Assembly: GCA_951406725.2 (NCBI GenBank)
Contig: OX597831.1
Location: 1,116,001 to 1,180,000, forward strand
Source: Octopus vulgaris
Lineage: Eukaryota
Direction of reading: 5' to 3'
Length of the DNA: 64,000 nucleotides
The position numbers and the translations under genes are program-made. Position 1 is the first letter of the stretch; each line of letters starts with the position of its first letter. Positions 55,434-64,000 of the stretch are shown one piece after another. The notes beneath the pieces are model-generated. The model was not told where the DNA came from. It was given only the letters and a program-made list of their open reading frames with translations, and searched no databases.

Positions 55434-55949
55434 TCTCTCTCTATATAAATGGCAGTTTGTCTGTCTGTGTGTCTGTCAGGTTGTACCCTCACCCTGACCA
55501 CGGCTTTCAACCGATTCTGATGAAACTTGACACACACATAGCCCAATGTCATAATTCAAAACTAACGCAGCGAAAATTTTGAAAAGTTCCCCCAGTTCTG
55601 AAAAAAATTGATAAATTCGACATGGGGTCGAGAATCTAAGCTTTTTATTTGCAACATATTTTCTGGTGTAGTTTTCGCAACTTGCAATCGATTTTCACCA
55701 AACTCATGGTGAAGCTTAATGTTACCCTAAGAAACTTAATTCTGACGTTAGTTTTCCATGCAATACCTTACCATCAGAAAAAAATCGATAAAATCATGCC
55801 ATTTTGGGAAATCGCGTTCAAATTCAAGATGACATATTTTTGACAATATCTTTCACAAATTGGCAGGAATTTTAAAAAAATTCACAGCGAGCATCATGTC
55901 TGTTCCAGGGGCTCTTACATACCCGTGTAATGCCGGGCTATGCAGCTAG
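55434..55949 (+). mobile_element. Non-autonomous Helitron
   Basis: A|TC start, subterminal hairpin CCCG-TGTAATGC-CGGG, CTAG|T end, no TSD. Removing it restores the host SINE motif GGCAAGTA|TCTTTTACTA. Confidence 0.9.
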
Positions 55950-56867
55950 TCTTTTACTAAAGCCCCACTCTGACCCAAAACTTTGTGATTGCGTTTGGTA
56001 GATGGAAACTGAAAGAATCTGTCATAAATTTGTGTGTGTATGTGCATGTGTTTGCATGCATGAGTGTTTATGTGTATCCTTGTCCTGACATTGTGTGATG
56101 GTTGAATGAGCATCATTATCATACAAGTGATGCTGTTTGCACACTTCTGTGAGAAACATGCCTGGTCTTGGGGAAATATTACCTTGCTTAGCAACAGGAG
56201 GGGTTGGCAATAGGAAGGGCTTCTAGCTGCAGAAAATCTGCCTCAACAAATTCTGTCTCACTCATACAAGTATAGAAAAGTGGATGTTAAACAATGATGA
56301 TGATGATGATTAAGAACAATGCAATAATCACAGATAGAAATATGAACCAAAGGAAGGACAAAGATCATCATGCCACATTGAGTTCAACTCTGTGGAGGAA
56401 AAATGCCATTCCTTGAGAGTAAGAGAGTTAGGTACTGATCCAACAACCTGCTTTGGTGAAACACATAGTGCTGTAGGAATGCACAGGCACAAGAGTTTTT
56501 CTCAAAGGTTGTATTGTATGTACTGCAAAATACTTAGGCAATAGTAAGAGGGGGAAAAATAGTGATGCAATAAGTAAAGAAAGAAAGTTTCAAAAAGAAA
56601 TTATATAAAATATGAACTTCTACATACCAATCTGCAAGATGTAGAATTAATAACCTTTGCCAGAGGATAGAGAGAATGTTTGTTTGCCCAGCACTTTTTC
56701 CATGGAATACACAAATGGCAGCAAGATTTCCTGAAAAAAAAAAAGGAGATAATTATGAAAAATTTATACAACCTATGTTCGTTAATTGAAATAATTGAAA
56801 AAAAAATGACAGTAGTAGAATTGTGAGCTTGATTCCTGAACTGAGTAGCACATTATACCCTCAAGTA

Positions 56868-57252
56868 GTGGAGGCGCAATGGCCCAGTGGTTAGGGCAGC
56901 GGACTCGCGGTTATAGGATCGCGGTTTCGATTCCCAGACCGGGCGTTGAGAGTGTTTTATTGAGCGAAAACACCTAAAGCTCCACGAGGCTCCGGCAGGG
57001 GATGGTGGTGATCCCTGCTGTACTCTTTCACCACAACTTTCTCTCACTCTTACTTCCTGTTTCTGTTGTACCTGTATTTCAAAGGGCCGGCTTTGTCACT
57101 CTCTGTGTCATGCTGAATATCTCCGAGAACTATGTTAAGGGTACACGTGTCAGTAGAGTGCTCAGCCACTTACACGTTAATTTCACGAGCAGGCTGTTCC
57201 GTTGATTCGGATCAACCGGAACCCTCGTCGTCGTAACCGACGGAGTGCTTCC
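56868..57252 (+). mobile_element. Young full-length SINE (head 1 + tail X) nested in an older head 2 SINE
   Basis: Highly similar to 10002-10390. TSD ACCCTCAAG(T/C)A at 56857-56867 and 57253-57263. Confidence 0.95.
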
Positions 57253-59739
57253 ACCCTCAAGCAAGGTACTTCATTTCACTTTCTTCCAGTCTACTCAGCT
57301 GAAAATGAGTCCCAGCCAAGTGTACTGGTGCATCCCTTTCTCCTTCCAGCTGTCACATTCTCGATGTTCCACTGGGCTAAGGAGTGCAGAAGGTGAGAGA
57401 GTGTCTATATCTGCTTATGCCTACATTGGCACCTTAAACAATTAACAAAAGCATGGCACAATTTACCATGTGAAACTCACTTACAAGTGATGGCTGTAGA
57501 TATACTTTTTTTTGTGCATGTGTGTGTGTAGATAACAACAAAGTTCTTTTCTGGATTAGCATTATTGAAACTTTAGTGATTAAATTTGATTCTGAAATTG
57601 ACAAAATCAAAGATTAAAAAAAAAGAAAAGATTTATCTTTTTATTCCAGTTTAATCCAGGCTGAGCTTTTCCAAACACTAAACTCACAGTGCAGTATCAT
57701 CTCAGTGAGTACATCAATGGGTTAAAGCTTTATCGAAGTTAAAGACAGTACTATTGGTGATATCAATGTGTCAAATTTGTTGCTCTCGTTTAGTAAAACC
57801 AAATGGAATTGGTCGAACAAAAAAATTATGGTTAAATTTGTTATGCCAATCGCAAAACAATTATTGCAAGTATTAATATTAAATGGTTTTAAGTGTTATC
57901 TAAGTGAGTAACCCTTAAAATATTAAATTTGTTAATTGTGTAAGTGAACCCAGAGTTAATCTTGTAACAGTAATAATTTAGCTCTAGATTAGCTCTAAAT
58001 GGTTAGAAATATGATCAAAGACAATCCATGACCTTCTCATCTTTTATATATCTGTGATCACAAGGCCAAAGGGTCCATCCTTTTTATAAGATACTAGACT
58101 GTGATTTGAAGAAGCTTTTGTTAATATTTCTAGCAGCATAAAACAACTATGTAGAAGCACTTTTAGTGTTATTCCACTGGTCATGCCATTAACGAAACAG
58201 CTATGCAGTTGCTCAACCTGCTAGATACAGTAGCCAAATCTTTCTTCAATCACATCCAACCATCTTAGAAGAAGGTAGGATACATAAGATAATATGGCTT
58301 TAGATGAAAATAAGAGGAAGGTCACGACTAGAACTCATTTGATCATAAGCCTGCTTGATGAAGGCCAACCTAGGGTTAAACAACAACAACAACTTACTCA
58401 GCAGCAAGAACATCAATGTTATAAATCAAGTGAAATCACTTCAACTGAAAATCACAACAGTTCTTGCCCACTGAGGACTTACCCTTACTCTCCAGCACTT
58501 GCCTATTGTCCTGTTGGCAGTAACCAATAATTCCATCATAGCCCATAACCGGAGCTAAATCCAGCACTGCAGGCTAACAAAAATAATTCATCAGTCAAAC
58601 AGTGTGCCCTGCCATGTATAGCAATTAGCTGCATCTCTAAATGATATCTATGCGATGCTAGGTGGGCAGTACCACCCAATGGTAACTATTTAATAATAGG
58701 TGTTTGAGCCTATCATAGCACAGCACTGATTAATATCATAAATTGCTGGCTTTTCTTTCAGCTGGCAGGTTCAGGCCATTATCAGCTCATCTTGCTGAAG
58801 TTCCCCCTTTTCACTTCTTTCAGGTAACAGACCACCCTGAAGGGTTTTAGTTAATCACATCAATCCCAATACATATCTGTAAGTTTTATCAATCTCTCTA
58901 TGTTGAAATGTTAGTTTATAGAACATTAACACAAAGCATGGTAAAGACAGAAATGGACAGACACAAACATACACACAAATTTATAAATATACACAATCAC
59001 AGAATGGGCTTCCATACAGTCACCAACTACCAACCTTCACTCACAAATTATTGATCAACCCAAAGTTGTAGTAGAAAATATAATTGAACCAATTTCAAAA
59101 CCAATGTCTACTGTGAAGTAAGCTTCTTAACCACATAACCATGTTTGCACCTATTGTAAATACACCGCTTTTATAATAACAAAGTTGGTAAAATAATTTC
59201 ATTTTTCTTTTTCACTGATTTTTGGATTCTGAGTTTAAATTTCCAGTTTTAGTTTTATTGAAACATTAGTTTTAGCAATTTAAAATTTAAAACTGGAAAA
59301 TCTGAAGAAGGAGAAAACAAAAATGAAACCAAAAAATATTGAATTAAATTTCCTACTCTCGGTTTTTATCAAATTTTTTTTCCCTGTAGTTGTTATTTTC
59401 TGCACTAGTCTTAATATTCAAACCCCACCACCCAATTCAATATCATGATGAATACTGTTATGCTGGTGTAAACACACAATTTATTCACCTGAAGCAATGA
59501 CAACTTCACAAGACATTAGTCACAACTCTTTTATCACTATTTAGCTGGATATCTGTAATTAAGCACCAAATGTTTGAAGGAGTTTTTGTAAGCCAGATGT
59601 GAGATCATCTTATTAAGTTAACGAATAAACCTCATTTCACTTAAGTGGTCAACTTCAATGAAATGAAGAGAAGTTATTGAATTTGAATCTCAAACGTAGA
59701 TAATTTCAATGTTGTTAACGATTTCTTTTTCTTGTTTTT

Positions 59740-59955
59740 CAACCTCTTTGTAATAAAATGTCTTCAACTAACTTAAAATATATCGTGTTTTTCAAGAACA
59801 TTTTCCTTGCAATTATTGATCTTGTTGGTTTTAATTGCATTAAGCCATTTCTTTTCTCCTTTCTGGGTTTTAAGACAAAAGATAGAAATGAACTTGGAGA
59901 TGTCTTAATTGTATTTGGATCAGCATTAGCAACTCAACAAATTTTTCACATACTT
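59740..59955 (-). pseudogene. Possible decayed THAP zinc-finger fragment (DNA transposon-derived)
   Basis: Minus strand: KIC*VANADPNTIKTSPSSF, then after a frameshift EKKWLNAIK, resembling the THAP C..C...F.P....W..A pattern. Confidence 0.35.
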
Positions 59956-60734
59956 GGTTTGTTTTGTTCTCTGTTGAGATGGCAGCCAAAAGTGCGATAT
60001 CAGAGCAACTGATTTTAAATTAAATAATCACACAATTAAATCAACAACATTTCTTCTATACTATTCAATCACAAACTAAACCAAAGAGCTGGATATCAGT
60101 TGCTAACCATGACTGCCACTAGCAAATGAAACAATGACAGAGTATCTACATAGTTGCCCAATCTGCTAAAAACAGCAGCTAAATTTCAGATTCATTTGAT
60201 AATGTTATCTTGGGCTCTATAAATATGGGGGAAATATATGATGATTACAACTGGAATTTCTTTAATCATTGGCCTACTCAATCAGGCTGGCCTGGGGATA
60301 AATAACAACAATTATCTGCAAAATATCTGAACTTGTCAAACACTGATTGAGTATATTTTGTCTCTCTTTTGGTGGAAGAACCAACATGATATCAATTGGT
60401 TCTAGTCAATGGTCACTTATGTAGTATATTCTTTTTATTGTGATGCTTGTAGGCCTCCATGAGTGTACATTCTGTTATTTACCATCTGAGTAAAATCAGA
60501 ATCAAAGGGGTCCATAGGTAAAAAAAAAATCATTGAAAATTACTGTTCTAGACCCTTCAATCATACAAAAAACAAAACAAACATGACCATCCACTGAGAA
60601 GAAGAGAATGCAACAGGGTATCAGATCAGACAGAATTTCAACATATCTAATTTGTCATATTACACACACACACACACACACACACTCACACACACATATA
60701 TATATAGTAATAACAATAATAAATTCCATCCTTT

Positions 60735-60920
60735 GATGGAATTTATGAATATTTAAATGCATCACTACATGTGTTTCCACAGATTACATGTTTCTTAAGA
60801 TCATAGTCCAAATTCCTGAAATGATCACAGTGCAGTCTGTAGTATCCATGGACATTTGGTAGATCATGTAATTTGTAGAAATGCACCTAGTTATGCATTA
60901 AAATATTTATAAATTCCATC
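60735..60920. repeat. Imperfect palindrome with GAAA-stem III-TA hammerhead half-motifs
   Basis: Arms 60735-60790 and 60865-60920. Minus arm GAAA-CACATG-TA, plus arm GAAA-TGCACC-TA. Confidence 0.75.
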
Positions 60921-61131
60921 TTCAGGATTATTATTATTATTATTACTATATTAATCTTACATTATATCAGCACAGCTTGGTGCAACCCAAAAAAACTAGA
61001 ATTGCCAATTAACATCATTAAGCTGTAGCCAGCATAATAGAATAGGAGCTTTTATATCCATATTCAAGATTTCTCCCATAAATAAACTTAAAGAACATAC
61101 ATACATACATACATTGCATACATTACATACA

Positions 61132-61171
<40 letters not shown>

Positions 61172-62120
61172 CATCATCATCATTGCCATTATTCTAACAT
61201 TTATTTTTCCATTCTTGCATAACTCAGATGAGACTAAGTTGGAACAGATTCCTAGGGCTGGATGCCCTTCTTGATGCTAACCCTCACATGTTTCCAAGCA
61301 AGGTAATAATTTTACTATCTGTTAAACAATGAACAGCCCAGACATAGATATATAAAGAACTTGAAACAAACAACATCATTTGCATGAACAGTATCCTTTT
61401 GCTTACTGAGATCTTGCAGCCTGTCAAGACATGTCAAGAAGCATGGACATGCTTTTGTGGTGGGCTGCAAGCAAATGATACTGTCTGTATGAAGACTGAT
61501 GCATTTGTTTACAATCAGGAAACACATGTGAAAAGAGGAAACATAACATAAGTTTACACACGCAAACTTATGTGCATATGCACACAGACACACACATATG
61601 CACAACTATAATATAATATAATATATTATATATGTATGTATGTATATATATATATATATATATCCTTAAATCCTTAAAAATGTTTTAGCCCGAAGGCCGC
61701 GGCCATGCTGGGGCACCAAAATATAAATTAGAGATAAAACCACTATTATGCAACTCAAAAAGTGATAGACATAAACCAAAACATAAATAACAATTAATAT
61801 ATATTTCTATAAAACATATAACTCATAACTAGATCTCAAAAAGTATAAAAATGAATGATCAATATATAATAAGTAAAAAAAAAACTATGTGCGTTTCATG
61901 GCTACAATTAAATTTGAATTACATTTAAGTTTAAATTCAATATATACCTATATATATATCTATATATAGGATCCGATCCAATTGACAATGTAGGTGAGGT
62001 AGGTACAATAAATTCAGGGTGAATACTTGATAAATGTAAGCACCTGTATATGCCAGCTAGTAGCAGAGGTGAGAGGATATATGTATCAAATGAAATAAAA
62101 AACAGAACACAAAGGATGTC

Positions 62121-62212
62121 GCGGTACGCATGTTTCGAGCTTTATAAAACAACTTATTCTTACATCAATGTATAATCGACATAACAGATAGTTTAAAGCC
62201 CTCTTCAGCCGC
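62121..62212 (-). ncRNA. Type I hammerhead ribozyme with canonical core and long stem II
   Basis: Minus strand: GCGG-CTGAAGA-GGGCTTTA..~50 nt..TAAAGCTC-GAAA-CATGCG-TA-CCGC. All core nucleotides are present; predicted GUA cleavage between 62125 and 62124. Confidence 0.8.
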
Positions 62213-62382
62213 ATGCAATTGCTACACCAAAGACTTGTATCACATTATGAAAGGTCTGAGAAAGAACATTTGGTATTATTTATAATGGTAGGTAAACTGA
62301 GTGGACAAAGGAAAGAACGAGGCAGTCAACACATTTAGTAGGAGTTACATATATTATTTAATAACAGTTTAACTAAGCTCTG

Positions 62383-62433
62383 TGCAACTTGAAGTTTCAC
62401 AGCCTCGTAGAATGACCTTCTACCATCAGGCAT
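62383..62433 (-). ncRNA. Second, variant hammerhead motif
   Basis: TGC-CTGATGG-TAGAA ggtca TTCTA cgaggctgt-GAAA-CTT c AAG-TT-GCA. A9 is G; stem III is palindromic. Confidence 0.5.
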
Positions 62434-62478
62434 CTTTAGACACCTGACAAGACAGGTTCGTTCTATGAAACTTTAAGT

Positions 62479-62730
62479 CTATTTCAGATATATTTTCCAT
62501 ATAATTTGGCATTTATTCCAAAGAGTTAACCGAACACTGAATTTAGTGTATGGATCTAAATTATCACCTATGAATATTTGCAGTGGATTTGAACATAAAA
62601 CATACATGATGTTAGGCATACATTTAGCTGTTTTCTTCCTACTACAGGAAAGATGTATATACAGGCTGCTTCCAAATTTTTGACTATGTTGGTTTACACA
62701 AGCAAAGATGAGAATGGCAGTTTTACAACT
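62479..62730 (-). pseudogene. Possible decayed Penelope-like GIY-YIG C-terminus upstream of the two HHRs
   Basis: SSLYIHL..YVLCSN..R.TLWNKCQ..WK..LK* loosely fits the PLE terminal C.LC...LN.R.EL..KC.H pattern, on the same strand as the HHRs. Confidence 0.35.
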
Positions 62731-62875
62731 ATATATGTATGCATTCATGTAAGTGTTTAGACATGTGTAAGTATACAGTATGTTTATCTATGTATATATG
62801 CATAAAGTCATGTGCATCTCTGTAAAAAAATGTCCCAAGAAATCTTTACATATATACATACATGCATGGAAGCAT

Positions 62876-62929
<54 letters not shown>

Positions 62930-62932
<3 letters not shown>

Positions 62933-63182
62933 TAAATACATGTGGGTGGGTGTTTATATATACATTTGCACACACAAACACACACGAATGTTTATATGCA
63001 TGGATATATATATGAATGTTTATATGAATATGTGTATATGCACATGTATGCACAAATACATGTGGGTGGGTGTTTATATATACATTTGCACACACAAACA
63101 CACACGAATGTTTATATGCATGTGGATATGCATATATGAATGTTTATATGAATATGTGTATATGCACATGTATGCACAAATA
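62930..63182 (+). repeat. Recent 120-bp tandem duplication
   Basis: TGTGGGTGGGTGTTTATATATACATTTGCAC starts at both 62941 and 63061. Confidence 0.9.
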
Positions 63183-63198
63183 TTCATGTGTTTATGTA

Positions 63199-63304
<106 letters not shown>

Positions 63305-64000
63305 AACAAATACATATTCTTGGCCAAGATTAGAAGATATTAATAGAAATTTTGAGATTTAGGAAATATTCTGTTTCTTGCAAGTTATTTTTTTACCCTC
63401 TCATATCTCCTCTTATTCATGACAATAAACGGTAAAAGAATTCCATAAAACAGCAGTTAAAAGATTTCTTCAAATTTCTTCTTTTTTTTTTCACACAAAG
63501 ATGCATCACAATCAGCATCACCACCATGATCATCATCAATTATTCATTTCCTGTAGATGTGTGTGAAATAAAGTGAGTTACTTCACTTGATCGATCTGCT
63601 ACATCTATCACATTATATTAGTTGTTTCAAGGAGCCACCCCATAATCCACAGATCTAAGGCTCACCTCATGGCATTAAGCAGATAACATACAAATAACTT
63701 CCCCCACTCCCACCACACTGAGATGCCTACATAGGCAATTTACCACTGAGGGAAGAAGGGGTTGAACTTAGCACCAATAAATCATACTCATCAACATTAG
63801 AGTGCAATGACTGATGAGTTACACTACCCTGTAATGAGTGAGCCTTAACATGTTTATTTGGTTTGGAAGAAATAGTAGCTAAATTTCCCTCAAGTCACAT
63901 TTTTCCATCTTAAAATAGGGAAAAAACACACTAAATAATGTAGTTTAAGATGTCAAGAAAAACTTGGCATGGCTGTGTGGTAAGAAGACTGCTTCCCAAC

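Noticed and set aside
55518-55530. CTGATGAAAC inside the Helitron
   Set aside because: No stem II or stem I/III context; part of a common Helitron-N motif (CCGATT..ATGAAACTT).

Overview
AT-rich, repeat-saturated animal DNA. The tRNA-derived SINE families and dense (TA)n/(CA)n/(GA)n/(TAA)n/(GATA)n microsatellites point to an octopus/cephalopod intron or intergenic region (inference). I cannot support any host protein-coding gene; almost all ORFs in the track are translated microsatellites. The only long real reading frame is a 5'-truncated CR1-clade LINE RT fragment (38.6-39.6 kb, minus). Other content: decayed LINEs of several clades (RTE, R4/Dong, Tx1/L1, HERO-like), at least four SINE types that shuffle heads and tails, piggyBac-, hAT- and Tc1/mariner-type MITEs, and a non-autonomous Helitron. 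The most interesting signal is a set of minimal type I hammerhead-ribozyme (HHR) motifs of the Penelope-like-element kind. One has a fully canonical core and a very long stem II (62121-62212, minus). Several others sit in the arms of unrelated long palindromes (4.5, 30.7, 36.8, 60.7 kb, possibly 8.3 and 47.6 kb). The better-preserved cores are nearly all on the minus strand. All alignments and translations were done by eye.
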